Shown here: positions 25,965 through 39,029 of the stretch, piece after piece
How the letters are laid out: each line of letters opens with the position of its first letter
How positions within the stretch are numbered: the first letter of the stretch is position 1
Assembly: GCA_013239625.1 (NCBI GenBank)
Contig: MU053216.1
Span: forward strand, 1,700,943-1,762,942
Source of the DNA: Lama guanicoe
Taxonomy: Eukaryota
Direction of reading: 5' to 3'
DNA: 62,000 nt
Program-made: the position numbers and the translations under genes
The notes under the pieces: generated by a model
What the model was told of the DNA's origin: nothing
The model's database searches: none
What the model saw: the letters and a program-made list of their open reading frames with translations, nothing else

Positions 25965-26320
25965 TGCATTTCTTTATTGATTCAACAAATATTTATTGAG
26001 TTCTTTGCTTCCTGCCAGGTGCTGGGAATAAAGGGCCAAACAAGAAAGACAGAATCTCGGCCCTCATGGAGCAGAGGGTGGGGAGGGCAGGAAAGAAACC
26101 AGGGAAAAAATGAACAAGATGATTTTTCATAGTTTTAAGGACTAGGAAGAAAGCAAAATGGAACGTCAGTGTGACTTTGTGTGGTGGGTGTGTGTCAAGG
26201 GGACGTGTTGAGGGGTGCAGGAGAATGGATTCATCCAGGTGGAGCCTCAGCGGGGCAGGTGCTCAGGGAAGGCTTCGCAGAGGAGGTCCTGTTCCTCCTG
26301 AGACCACAGCGTGAGGCCGG
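25965..26320 (-). mobile_element. L2 3'-end fragment
   Basis: ATTCAACAAATATTTATTGAG...AGGTGCTGGGAATA...GCCCTCATGGAGC...TCAGGGAAGGCTTC. Confidence 0.8.
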
Positions 26321-27099
26321 TTCACAGGTCTGGCCTGGGTGCCCTGAAGACCAGGGCTGCCCCTGTGGCGGGGCGGCTGGGCCAGGAGAGTGGTGGATGC
26401 CCGAGGAGACTCAGACAGGCAGCGGCCGGCCGCCTGGGGCCCCTTCCACTGCCCTGTGCCCTTTGAAGCAGTCCTCTCGGCAGGGCCTCCCCGAGCCTGC
26501 CAGCTGGAGGCCTCTGCACGCCCCCGGCGCAGGGCCGCTGGCTTTGTGAGGCGCTTTCACATCATGGTGTCTGTCTGCCCAAGAACTAATTCGTTTTCAT
26601 TTTGCTGTTTTGTTTCTACCTCGTAAGGGACAGTACTCTTGTCTGGAACGAGGCAGGCAGAGGGGGAAAGGGACGATGCAGAAGGAGCCTGTCCTTTCTG
26701 GCCGAGTCCCTTGGTGATGAACTGCCTTCCAGTGAAGTAAACCTTGAGTGCGTCCAAGCTAATTCTCAAAGTGGCAAATATAATACATGTAATTTTCCTT
26801 AATAATTGGTAAGACCGGTTGTAGTTCTCAGTGACTTTTCTCACCCCACCCAGGTTTTTTCTTAGAATAAGAATCTGTTATTGGTTGTTATTAAGTCTTC
26901 ATAGTTGTGAACTGCCTTGTTTTCAATGCTGTGTCTGCTCTGAGCTCTAGCTTTTCACGAGGCAGTGACGGTGCTTTACCTGCGGGGGGACCTCTCTCAG
27001 GCACCACCAGCAGCGAAGGGAGCGCTGCACGTGGAGCCTGAGATATTTCATGTTGAGTTATGTCCCTCTGTCTTCAGAGTGACCTTCGAGCCGTGGCTC

Positions 27100-27205
27100 A
27101 TGTGCCTTACAGATGAAGAACCTGCGTTTCAGAGCGGCCATTTCTTGTCCCCAGGTTACAGAATTAGTGAACAGTGAGTCGGCATTTAAATTTGGGCTTC
27201 TGACC
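27100..27205 (-). mobile_element. MIR fragment
   Basis: TTACAGATGAAGAACCTG...CTTGTCCCCAGGTTACAGA. Confidence 0.6.
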
Positions 27206-28722
27206 ACATCTCTGTGAATGCTTTAAATACTAATACAGCGAACAGTAGCCACTGCTATTTCTGGACCCAGCCTTGGGGCTCTTAACCCTAAGCCTAGCCC
27301 TGCTGGCCCCTCCTTCCCTCGTTCCTCATTTCCTCCCAGCACTCGTCATACAGCGCGCAGCAGTCCGGCAGCCATGAGAGCCCAGGGTCAGTGGAGCTGC
27401 CCGGCCTGGGTCAAGGTCATCTCTGCCAGCTCACCAGCTGTGCGGGCAGGTTATTCCCCGTGTCTGCGGCTGGGGTCCCTCACCGGGTGGTTCTAAGGAC
27501 TAAATGGGGTGATGCACACACACCAGGCTTAGGGGGAGCCTTGAATCCTGGATTTAGGAAGCTCTCAGTCAATGTTCGTGTAATGCTAGGTCTCGGCTCA
27601 CCTGGTCCGGGAGCCAGCGGCCCCACCAGGCTCTGGACGCCCCCGCCCCCCACTCCTCGGCAGCTGCCCTGCCCGGCAGGCCGACGGCCTTGTCTCCCCC
27701 GGGGGAGCCCAGCTCTCCGGGCTCCTGGGCAGCGCCTGGGTGCAGCTGGCTCTCAGCGCGTTTGCTGAGCGGCTGTGTTTGCTGCTTTGGTTCCCCATCC
27801 GTGTGCTTTAGGGATTCCCGTCCCCTGAAACTCTGTCCCCAAGGCTTCCAATATGATCCCGAATGACTCATGAATCTGTTCCTCTAGTGCTGACCCCTCG
27901 TTCCATCTGTGTTTCCAACTAACCATTCGTAAAACAAAGTCTTGCAGGCATCCCAGCTCCACGCGTCTCAGAGCAAGGCCCTGCCTTCTCTTTCATGCCA
28001 GGTCTGCTCGGGGTCCCCAACCAGGCTGACCATGTGCCTTCACCCACTGGGTAGAGACCTTGGGGAAAACCTGGGCTCTTCCCTGCTCCCTCATGTACCC
28101 TCGGCCTGCAGCCGGTCAGCCCCCAACCCTGACCAGGATCCAGGCCAGGGGTCTGGGGCCTGTGTTCAGCCCCCTACTCCAGAGCACAGACCCTGAGCCT
28201 CAGACCCCTCTCTAGTGAGGCCCCTCCTTTCACCTGAGGGCACGGCTCTGGCTGGTGCTGGTCGGGTCCCTGACACTGTAGCGGGCTCACCCTGTCCCCC
28301 ATCGCTCCCACCCTGTGCCCCACCAGCCTCCCTCCACATTCTCCAGCGTTATCTGTCTGAAATCCAAATTTCATCCCATGACCCCACTCATAAAAGCCAC
28401 TGTTGGTTCCCTGTGCATCCTTTGGTCTGAGCGCCTCACCAAGCGTGAAATCCCCTTCTCGGTCTTTCCCTGGCCTCCCCACCCCATTCTGTGGCCTCTA
28501 CAGCCAGCGCACCTCAGCCTCCTGGCCTCCTGGACATGGCGACGTGGCAGGCTTGGCACAGGCCACGCCGGGCCTATGACCCCCTCCCTTCCCTTTGCTT
28601 AGTGACATCTTTTCATCCTTTACCTTTCGGCTCTAAGCCACATCCTCTGTGAAGTCTTTCAAAGAGGCCCCGCCCACCAACATACCTCGGAGCTCTGTGG
28701 CTATAATCTGGGTGGACGCACT

Positions 28723-28871
28723 GTTTTTCTTTTGGGGGGTGTGGAATTAGGTTTTACTTATTTATTGTTTATTATTATTGTTAACTTTTTAAAATAGAGA
28801 CACTGGGAATTGAACCCAAGACCTCGTGCATGCTAAGCATGCTCTCTGCCGCTGAGCTCTACCCTCCCCCC
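28723..28871 (-). mobile_element. vic-1-like SINE
   Basis: tRNA-Ala head and tail module; TSD GTGGACGC at 28712-28719 and 28892-28899, with a short duplication of CCCTCCCC.CACAA at the 5' junction. Confidence 0.9.
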
Positions 28872-29214
28872 ACAATGCCCTCCCCGCACAAGTGGACGCG
28901 TTTCTGAATCAGAAGAGCAGATGGGCAGGTCCAACAGCCCAGCCTGCGCTCCTGGAGACAGGAGGGAACAAAGCGCAGGAGGAGCTCATGAGATGGTTCC
29001 TTGTTCCCTCTCTCCGCCCTGTGGAGGGGCCAGGAAGGTCCTTCCAAAGCAGGGAGCTGTTGGTGCTCCCTGTATCTGCCCAGCGGCTGGCCCCCTGCCC
29101 AACATGACCAGCTCATGAAGAGCACTCCAGGCCAGAGAGTCCTGAAGATTTGAGCGGATCCAGACCTCATGTGTAAGTTCCTCCAAATAACCAGCCAACC
29201 AACAAACCAGTGGA

Positions 29215-29385
29215 AGCCCTGGGTTTGAGTCTTGGCTTCATCACTGGAACAGTTTGCGTCTCACAGCCTCCACTTCCTCATCTGTAAAATGGGGATAATT
29301 GCAGTTACCTCCAGGGATGGCTGGGAAGATTACACGAGAGAATCAGAGGAAGCTAGCTCGCACAGGGTGGGGCTCAGGACTCTAT
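29215..29385 (+). mobile_element. MIR
   Basis: CCTGGGTTTGAGTCTTGGCT...CTTCCTCATCTGTAAAATGGGGATAAT. Confidence 0.8.
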
Positions 29386-29649
29386 TTCAGACAAGCATGT
29401 GCAGCTCGTCCCTGTTAACAGGAACTGGGGGCGAGGTCGTGTGCCGAAATCGCTTTTCAAAGTGAAGACACTTAAGAATGTCACTAATTATCTTATCACA
29501 GCTTTCAGCTAAGAAGTGGTCTGACTCTTCAGGACACGAAGCACAGCCCGCCGGGCGGTGGCTGTGGTCATTCACCGCTGGCTTGGCGGCAGCTTTGTGC
29601 TTCAGCGGCTGTGACCCCAGAGCAGCTGGCCTAGCAGTCACGGGGTGAA

Positions 29650-29780
29650 TGTTTCAGAGATTCCTGGGCCCCACCCACACCTACTGAATCAGGGTGGGGG
29701 CAGGAAGAGCACTGCAAATCTGCACTGACAAAAACCTCCCCGTGTGGCTCCGATCACCTGCAAGGTTTGGGAACCGCTAG
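29650..29780. mobile_element. MER5-like hAT-Charlie fragment
   Basis: AGATTCCTGGGCCCCACCC..ACCTACTGAATCAG...AGGTTTGGGAACCGCT. Confidence 0.75.
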
Positions 29781-31859
29781 GGTGCACGCCGCTGGAAAAG
29801 CACAGCGCTCGGAATTCTTGGCTTCTCAGCTGTGCGGTCCTTGCCATTCAAAGAAAAGTTAGTTTCTTCGCCTCTGCGTAAACAAGCCTCGATTTCTGCA
29901 GGCCTGTTCTTTCTTCACTGTGCTCTGTTTATCCTGCAGGTGGAAAAAAATGACTCCACTTAAACAATAGGAGAAAGAAAGGTGCAAACACACCAGCTTC
30001 CTCACCTTTTTAGCATCCGTGAGGTCTTTCCTGCCGGGGCAATTTAAATGATAATGTCCTTAAGTCCAACAGTCTTTTTAGCAATCAGATTAAAATTGTT
30101 TTTATGAAAGTCTTATTTCTCTTTTCTTCATTATGTATACATATATATATATTTTTTTTTTGGCTAGAGAGGCATATATTTAGATTCTATGATCTTTTAA
30201 ACCTTAAATTAAAAAAAAATCCCCTCCTGGTATCTTCTCAGCAGTATTTGCAAGAGGAGAGGAAGGCGTCTACCCTCGAAACCTGAGGTCTGCAGTTCAC
30301 ACGTGCTGAGTCACCTCGTCTCCGCAGGGTCACACGTTTTGCACCTGGGAAATTGCTGCAGAAGATCAGACTGCGAGCTGGTGTGTCACTAATTTAAATA
30401 CAAGTAAGAAGACTGGAAGGGGATGGTGCGTAAACAGGGAAACTTACTGCTGAGTCTCAAACTTGTTTTCAGAGACTTGTAATAGTCTGATAAATCCTCT
30501 TTCTGATCGGTAATGTGTTGGTGAAATTCTTTAAATGTTTTTTCCCGTTCTTGGAAAGTGAAAATGAATATAAATGGCGAAGCACTTGTCTTGCATTGTT
30601 TAGAAAAAGGAGAAAATCAGTCTTTGCCATTGTTCTGTGGTTCTGCATAATTAAGATTCTTGGGTTAGTTTTCTTTTAAAGAATTAGTAACAAGAAAAGG
30701 ATTGTAATGAGCCACTTATTAAGAGCTGGTGATGTCTAACTTTGGCTGAACTTTTAGGAAGTCTCTTTTCCTATTTTGATCACGTAGTTGAATCGCCAGG
30801 AGACGTTACTGCAAGTGTGTTAATCGGGGAAGTGGCAGGAAGCTACAGTTTCCTCAGCCCCAGAAAGAAAGTTTAGAGAACTCCTGATGGGAAGGTGGAC
30901 TGTAGACAGAGATAAAAGTTGAAATAACTTGTATGTATACCTGCTGGTTTATTTTCATAATAGAAAACTGGTTCCCTCAAAAGTCAGTGCTTGGTAGCTA
31001 AGAGTGTGCAAACATTCACAGAAGTCAGAAATTTCTCTTCACCAGTATTCACAGACATCCTGGTGTCATGTCACAAGGTGGACGTTCAACATAGAGCCAG
31101 TTAATGTGGTCTCGGTCCAGCAGTGGGAGGTGGTCCCTTGTGGACGAGCCTGGGGGCCCAGCGTCCCTGAACCAGCATCTGGGACGTGCCGTTGGCTACG
31201 GCCCTGCCTGCCTGCCTCCTACAGGCTGGCCACTGTGCTTCAGTGGCCTTCTCCCCCCCCCCCCGTCCGTCCTCGTAGTCACCCACAGAGGAGGCACTGT
31301 TCTTTTTGCCTTCAAGCCGAGTGTCCTAGAACTCGGAGGCTGAGTCACCCCCGCCGCGCTCGGGCAGAGAGTGTGAGCCCAGGCAGAGGGACTCTGAGCC
31401 CTGGCGCCTCTGAACTCAGGGAAGTGACTGCCCGCAGGCCAGGCCTGCTCAGTGCCTGGGGCGGGGGGGGGGGGTGGCACCGGCAGCGTGGGGTTCTCGC
31501 TCTCCCTCAGTGAGCCGTCGCCCCAGAAAGGGCAGAAGAGCTGCAGATAACCACCTAGAAGGCCGGGGGACCCAGAGAAAGAGGCTAACTTTGTGCACTT
31601 CTCTGCTCAGAGCTGTTCTGCCGTTGACCCTTACAGATGAAAACCCGAAACGTATGGAAAGTCCATTGTGTTTCCTCCAGTTGAGGTCGGTGGCCAGAGT
31701 ACAATGACTTGGCATGAAAAGAACAAACAAACAGGAGCCCTGGGTTCCCGGCCTTCGCTAGGCTCTGCCTAGAGCCGGGGAGCGCGTTGTGGGGGGGCTG
31801 GAGGGCAGTGGACACCCAGCTTAAGACGTGGGTTGTTTATTTCACGGTGGTGGCAGCTG

Positions 31860-32070
31860 GATTTACGCTAGCACCCCGTATGCCAGACACCGTGCTACGC
31901 ACGTTACACACATCTGATCACTTACTCTTCGTACCTGCCCTTTTAAGAAAGATGGTGTCATTATCCTCTGAAGATGAAGACACTGGCTCAGAGAGGTTAA
32001 AGGTTACATTTCCAGTAACTGCCTGTGACTCAGGCGGTCCTAGTCCAGAGTCCAGCCTTTTAGCCACTAG
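31860..32070 (-). mobile_element. MIR
   Basis: TATGCCAGACACCGTGCTA...AGATGAAGACACTGGCTCAGAGAGGTTAA. Confidence 0.7.
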
Positions 32071-33071
32071 CCTGGCTTCTCCTGGAGGTCTGGCCCTTCT
32101 CAGCCGGGGGTCAGAGGGTCAGAGGCTGAGGGCTCCAGCTGTGTCCCTGGAGATAGCTGGCTTCCCTTGCTCCCTCAGAGGAAGTGCTTCACTTGCAGAG
32201 GGATGGCTTTCAAGTGGGGCGGGGCCTTGAAGGGATTCACCTCCGTGGCATATCGATCTGGTGGCTATGGGGAGAGAAAGGGCGAGGGTGCTTGGGAATT
32301 GGGGAGGGCTGTAGACCTGGGGGGAGGTTAGCTCGGCGTGGGGCTCTCCAGGGAGCGGAGGGCTGACCCGGCCGGCAGTGCAGCAGGCAGTGGAAGTCGT
32401 GGAGGGAGAGGCAGGCAGTGAAGAAAGTGAAATCGGTGGTCCGGGCCAGAGGAGCGGTTTCCAGATGTTCATTGCTCGTACATACACCCCTTTCCCAAGT
32501 GGATCCCCCTGGAGTTAGTCTGTCTCCCAGTTTACAGGAGAAAGACACATCTCTGCTCTGGTGTGTTCTGAGGAGTGTGCGACAGTCTCCTGGGCTCCAA
32601 GGGCTGATGCAGGCGTGAGCCCCGCTGATGCCTCCTTGCACAAGCCACGTGGTGTGGGCTGCAGTTCCCACCGTGTCCAGGGGACACCTGGATGTAACTT
32701 CTGACGATGGATTAAAGGGCGAGCCTGGGGCTCTGCCTCGTGCAGGTCTCAGAGATGTGAGCAGCACGGCTCTAAGTGGCACACGTGTTTCTTCACCTGT
32801 TTGAGAGGAGTTTCTCGTGATTGCGTCTGTAAAAGGCAAAGTTGTGATGCCGCTACGCTGGAATGTGTCATTACAGTCACGGGGCACCCGCAGACCCATG
32901 AGCTAATCGCTGGAAAACAAACCCAGTTCACCTTGTCAAGGGTTGTATTTCCACTAAGATTCTACCTTTCATGTTTAATAATTGTCCAAATTTTGTGGTA
33001 TCCTTACGATGCTCTGAGTCATTGGGTGCTACTAAAAACTGGAATTTACCTCACTTCAGTCAGAAGAATTT

Positions 33072-33194
33072 CTTTGGAGGGGGCAGGTACTTAAGTTTGT
33101 TTGTTTATTTATTTTTTAATGGAGGTGCTGGGGATTGAACCCAGGACGTCATGCATGCTAAGCATGTGCTCTGCCGCTGAGCTGTACCCTCCCC
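33072..33194 (-). mobile_element. vic-1-like SINE
   Basis: tRNA-Ala head; TSD CAGAAGAA(T/C)TT at 33061-33071 and 33195-33205. Confidence 0.95.
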
Positions 33195-33365
33195 CAGAAG
33201 AACTTTTCTGTGTGTGCTGTGTAGATGACGGTCACAGAAATTTTAAACATTTTAATCTTGAATTATGTGCACAGTTTACGGATGAGCTACACGGAAAGGT
33301 TATTGGTAAAAGATTTTGAAGCATAAAAATAAATTTGGTTTAAAATCTGTTAGCAACACAAAAAA

Positions 33366-33841
33366 AATTGTACGCGAATGTGTACGGCAGCATTATTCAC
33401 AACAGCCAAGAAGCAGAAACCGCCCGAATGCCCTCACCTGAGGAACGGCCGGACAGCACGCGGCCTCCCCGGCAGGGGCGGCGTCGGGCAGCTCAGAGGA
33501 GTGGGCGCGGGTCGGGCTGCGAGAGGGCTGCGCCTCGGAGACGTGCCGCCGCCCGGAAGAAGCCAGTCGCGGGAGACCTTGTGTTGTGTGACTGCGTGTG
33601 TATGAAGCGTCCAGAGTGAGTGAACCTGCAGACGGAAAACGGGGTGGTCGTTCGGGTCTATGGTGGGGGAGCAGGGAGCGGGGTGCAGGGTTTCTTTTGG
33701 GGTGCTGGCAGTGATTTAAAACTGACTGTGGTGATAGCTGCACAACTCTGTGAATATGCTGAAAACCACTAAATGGTGCACGTCAGAAAATTTGTACAAA
33801 TGGAGGAATTGTGTAGTGTGTGACTTCCACGTCAGTAAAGC
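33366..33841 (+). mobile_element. L1MB/L1MC-like ORF2-end and 3'UTR fragment with a strongly GC-shifted middle
   Basis: GCAGCATTATTCACAACAGCCAAGAAG at the start; GGGTTTCTTTTGGGG..TGTGGTGATAGCTGCACAACTCTGTGAATATGCTGAAAACCACT at the end. Confidence 0.85.
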
Positions 33842-35354
33842 GTGAGAACTCTGTGGGGCGAGTGGAATGGAACTGGGAGTTAAAGCAGAAAGAAGAACGA
33901 TGCATGACTTCTGACCCTTAGAGAAGATTTGTGCGTGTGCAAAACCCTCTTAACTAGTCGCTCTGCAGCCATTTAAACTGGGTCTAGAATGTGGGTGTCG
34001 AACAAGGCAGCGCCAAGGGGCACGTGGTTTCCGTCTTAGCAGATTCATGAGCAAAAGAGCTTGAAGCCCAGTGGTTCAAATCTCCTAAAGGGAATGGCTA
34101 GCGTGAGTGAGACCAGAGTCTAAAGAGGGAGAATTAGAAACAGCAGCATTTAAGGAAAATGCAGATGAAAGGAGGAGGCAGCAGGGGAGCGGGGAGGGGG
34201 GCTGTTTCCTGGGGGGGAGGACGGGGTCCGGCTTCCGCCGGGACCCTGCCAGCCAGGGACGCAAAGCCGTCCCCGGGACCGGGGGGCACGAATGAGGTCA
34301 TCCACCTGGCACCATCTGTGGTAATAAGGTCGTTGCAGTCCAGTGCTGAGACCGGTGGCTGGAAAAAGAGTTGAGGGAGGTTGGAGGAGGGAGGGAGAGG
34401 GAGGAAGTGGAGACATCACCCGTGGACGTTGGACGGCTCTCGTCAGAACCGAGGACTGATAGCGGGGCAGTAATTTGGTAACTCCAGGGAGAAGTGGTGC
34501 AAAGGTGGTTGCTGCTGCTCTGCAGATGCAACCACCCGAGCATGTTTGTGGAAGTAAAAAGCTGTCGAGTGAGAGTGAAGACCGAGGAGAGATGCCGGCG
34601 TGTCCTGCAGCTCCGCCCGAGGACGCCTTCCATCACCGGGAGCTCCCAGCAGCCCGACGCGGGGATGCCCGATGCCCGGCTCTGCAGGCGTCCCGTGGAA
34701 TTGGCTCCACTCCCGGGCCGGGCCCCAGGGTGATGGTCCCGTGTGCGGCCCGAGCCCGGAGGTCACGGGAGCTCTCACCGAGAACCGGGGCTCCCCCCGC
34801 GCTGCTCCGTTGCTCCTCCGGTTCACCGGGGCCTGTTTCGGCGCTTTCACACTCAGGAAGTGCTGCCAACAGTAACTGTAGCAACCGGAGAAGACAGAGG
34901 AAGTGTTTGGCCACAGTAAGAGAGGTGTGGTCGGGACGAAGCATCTTGCCTGACCCTCTGCGGCAACGGGAAGGAAGAGACTGAACACAGAGAATTTCGT
35001 ACGTCTCATGCACCCAGAGCCCCACGGTCCCCTTGAAGGTCACAGCGAGGGAACTGACTTCCTCCCCTCCTCCCCTCTGTCCCCTGAGTCTTCTCTATTC
35101 TCTTTCCGCGGCTTTACGTTAATAGTTGAAGACGACGTTATAAGGTGGCCAAGGACTGATGCGGGTCCAGGTAGACGCGTCTGAAGCTCCGTGCCAGTCA
35201 GGGGACAGTCCTCCTGGCTGCCCCGGGCATGAGCGTCCGAGCAGCCATGGGCACGGTTATCAGCAGAAGTTACTTGTCTCTGCTGTGTGACTCAGATGTA
35301 GCATGGTGCCAGTTGCTGGGGCAGTTTCATCGCTGGCGGGCAGCACCGACACTC

Positions 35355-35800
35355 GTCCTTGGGTGGAATTCAGGGGCTTCGTGAACTCGGATGGAGAAAA
35401 GGTGACATTTTCGCAAACTAACCTCCAGCCACAGTGTAGTGTTTCCTTCAGAGATGAATGGTGACGGGAAACCACACAGCACTCGCTGTCCCTGTGACCG
35501 CCACCCGGAAATCACACGTATTTTTATGTCGTGTTACAGCTGTTTGCAGCTCTCTTGAAATGTGGGGCCTATGTATCTATCACTGCTTTGAAATAATGGT
35601 GGTTATTTGACCGACCACTAGACCTTGTCATGGGATGAAGCAGTACCTGTGTTATTAGGTACATCAAATATGTATTTTAATATTTTGGTAACTATTTCGT
35701 AATTGGTTTTCTGCATATGCCTGTGTGTTTTCCCTGATTGTGAGAAGGTTTCACAAGGCTGCCACAGGAGACCGAGGCACAAAAAAGGTTAATGACCCTT
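35355..35800. mobile_element. hAT-Charlie (Charlie4-like) DNA transposon relic
   Basis: Terminal TTCACAAGGCTGCCA...GGCACAAAAAAGGTTAATGACCC resembles the recalled Charlie4-type end; subfamily uncertain. Confidence 0.55.
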
Positions 35801-36204
35801 TAGGTGTGGAGTCTCATCGGGGAGACCAGAAGCCTGAACAAAGTCAGTACGAAGTCAGAACAAAGTCAGAGGTGGCAGCTAGAAAAGTACCTGGGAGTCA
35901 GGGGGATCCGAGGAGGCACTGTGCTCAGCATTAGGGCCCCTTCTGGGGGTGCCTGCACTGCCGAGGAGGAGGAGGGAGCCTCAGGAGGCCATTTCCGGGG
36001 AGGGGACCGTCTGGGCACAGGGCTCCGTGGACGTGCGGGGTACTGGGTGCTGAGTGCTTGCTCGCTGTGCTGAGTCCGCGGCCCCGGAATGACTCAGACG
36101 GCCTAGTGGTTGGTAAGCGCCCTTTTAGAACAAAGTTTGTGGGGCAGGGTGGACAGTGTTCAGTTTTCCTGAAGAAGCCCAATAGCGTAATGGAACGTTG
36201 AAAA

Positions 36205-36535
36205 TCAGCTGTGCTGCATGATTCACACATAGCAAACGCGCACGCACGGTGAATTTTGACTAGGCGTCCGCGTGAAAACGTCACAGTCAAGGTCAGGACG
36301 GTCTCAGCAGCAGCTCCCCCAGGGTTCCCGGCAGCCCCAGCACCTGCTGGTCCGTGGGCCGTCCTGGAGAGCCTTTGAATTTTCCAGAATTTTATGTGAT
36401 GGACTCACACACCACGTCCTCTCTCTGGTTCGGTTACTTCCACTCAGCGTAACACACTGAGATGCAGCCACAGCACCACAAATCACTAGTCCATTCCTCT
36501 TTGCTGCAGAGAATAGTATTTGTTGTAGAATCATG
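36205..36535 (-). mobile_element. L1MC/MD-like 3' fragment
   Basis: TTCCAGAATTTTATGTGATGGACTCACAC...CTTCCACTCAGCGTAA...TTCCTCTTTGCTGCAGAGAATAGTATT. Confidence 0.65.
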
Positions 36536-36572
36536 TGCTTTAAAAAAGGGGGGGAAACCACAAACCCTTGTT

Positions 36573-36753
36573 TCTCTCTTTTAAACAAATTTTTAGTTAT
36601 TTTTGTTTCGTGTTTTTTCTTAGGAGGGGACAGGAAGTAATTAGGTTTATCTATCTATCTATTTATTTATTTTTAATGGAGGTCCTGGGGATTGAACCCA
36701 GGACCTCGTGCTTGCTAAGCACGTGCTCTGCCACTGAGCTACACCCTCCCCCC
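36573..36753 (-). mobile_element. vic-1-like SINE
   Basis: Head, (TATC)n/(TATT)n linker and tail module; TSD CAAACCCTTGTT at 36561-36572 and 36755-36766. Confidence 0.95.
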
Positions 36754-39029
36754 TCAAACCCTTGTTCTCATAATACAAAATTTGAAAAGGGAGTGAGATT
36801 CCTAATGCTTATTCAAATGGGCACGTGGGTTAAAATCGTTGAGAAACAGTGCTCTGGAGTGTGGTCAGGGTGCATTCCAGCCCAAGGTCCTCTGACCGGC
36901 ACTGCTGAATTTGAGCAGGTTGGGAAATATTTCAGACCCGAGAGAAGGCAGCTCCTCGGGACGTGGAAACACGCTCTCAGCCACCTTTGCAACCGTAGGT
37001 TCTCGGACGGGAGGATTGGTGGGGACTCTGCCCACAGATGTGTTCCCGAAGCATTCGGCGTGCCATCTGCCGCCCTCCCACCCTCCTCCGGCAGAGCAGG
37101 GGCAGGAACTGTTTCCCACGTTGCACAGATGAGCTGCAGTGTGTTTGAGAGGATCGTTACTCAAGACAGGAGTGAGTCAGGGCGGACAGGGCTGGTCCCC
37201 GTCCCAGCCTGGCTGGAGACTGGGCTCACATTTTAAAGAAAATACAACAGTTTCACCTTCACTTTTGTTCTTGTCCTGTTTGTGATGGGATCTTGAAACT
37301 GGAGGAGCTCAGGCTTTCTCATCCCTCTTTCTTCCTAAACTTTCCTTTTCCCGCGTGGTGGGGGCCAGCGTGGGTCCGTTCAGGTGATTTCGGACACCTG
37401 TTCCGGGCAAGACTCTTCCAGAAACTGCATAAATCCTGGCTGTTACTGTGGAGCAGGCAGGTTGGAAGGACCAAGTGAGAATGAAATGGTGTTCCTTACT
37501 TGCTTCTGGGTCATGAAAGAGTGGAGGATCTGTTGAAATGATGGGTCCTCTTTCCCAGAAAAATGCACATATGCACACGCAGTCAATTTTGCAATGATTT
37601 CAGAGGGTTTGTCCATAGGAGTGACCTCATGGTGAGTATTTCTGGCATGAAATGAAACAGTCATGCTTTCAGGGAAACGCAGAGCCTTAGTCACTGGCTA
37701 AGAAAGAGATCAGAGATAAGGGCAGGGTGGGACCGGTGGGGCGGGTGGTGTTTGATGGACAGTCCTGCCCCGTGGGTGTGGGCTGTTAGTCTCCGGAGAG
37801 TGGTACCCCCCGCAGAGCGGAAAGCCTGAGGAGGGCGGGAGCCCACGTGCCCAGCGAGGCTGGACGGAGATTTTCCGACAAGGAATCAGAACCAACCACA
37901 GGGAGGTGGGTCAGAGTCATCGTGAGTGAGCTTGAAAGCAAGGTGAGTACTCCTCCCCCCCAGTGACATATTCTGTATTTCCTTTTATTTATTTTCTCTG
38001 CTGGGGGCTTAGGGGTGCATATATGTGAATGAGACGTAATGAATTAAGGATGTTACAAAAATCAGAAATTCTCATATAATCTGATCGCTCTTAAAAGTCG
38101 ATGCATTTTGTTCCAGTTTTTGAACGTCCCTGCGGCTTTCCCAGCTCTGGCCGCCGCCCCAGCTACACCATGAGCCCGGTGAACTTACCGCCGTTTGGAT
38201 GAGGCTCGTGTTTACATTCCCCATGTTTAGCCAAGGCTCAACATTTTATGCAAAGATTTTTCTTAATTTTTAAAACACTTATTATTTTCTTCACATACAT
38301 ACTTAGAGGGGCGCCTTTAGAGGCCAGGGGAGGCTTATGTGGGTGAGCAGCTGTCTGGAGTGTACCTGCTATGGTGCTTCCTTCTGTTCATTTTATGTAG
38401 TTATTTTTCCGTTTCAGCGTCGGCTGTCTGCTCCTTGGCTTGTTTCTGAGATACGGGAGCTGCCCCGTCCCTGCGCCTCCCTGTCTGTCTCCCTGATACA
38501 GTCTCTCCCTGACTCGTGTTGACAGTCGGGCAGTGCGTGTTGAGTGCCTGTCGCGTACCAGCCATTAGCAATCTTACGAGTAGCTTCCCCCCGACCCTGG
38601 TGAAGTAGATTTCATTTCACCGATGCCGACTCTCAGAGAGGAGGGCTGCGCTCCCAGGCGTGTGTCTGTGTCCATCTCCCTGAGTGTGTGTCCACCCCGC
38701 TCCAGGGCCGCCCTCCCACCACCAGTCTGCGTTTCACTTGCAGTTTCCATGGACGCCCAAGCTCAGAAAGTCCACGCCCAGCTGTCAGCCCGGAGCCCAG
38801 GCCTGCTCCCAGCGCGTCAGCGGGCCTGGGGAGCACCCTGCATGATGCCTTTCCGCTTCTCTCCCCAACTCGCCCACCCGCCTTGTGCCTGGGTCTAGGG
38901 CTGGTCACCGCCGCCAGCTGGAGGAGGTCACTCCCGTCAAGGCATCTCCCTGGTCTGTTGCAGCCGCCACCCTGCCCGTGGGCTCCCGCCTTCAGCTGAC
39001 TTCCTCCCCCGCTCTCCGCACTGCGATGT

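Noticed and set aside
18599..37236. Other ORFs over 200 aa (18599-19261, 21176-21793, 32237-32899, 36568-37236)
   Set aside because: No domain similarity or coherent splice structure. 36568-37236 runs through a SINE, and the recurring peptide EVLGIEPRTSCMLS is simply the SINE translated.
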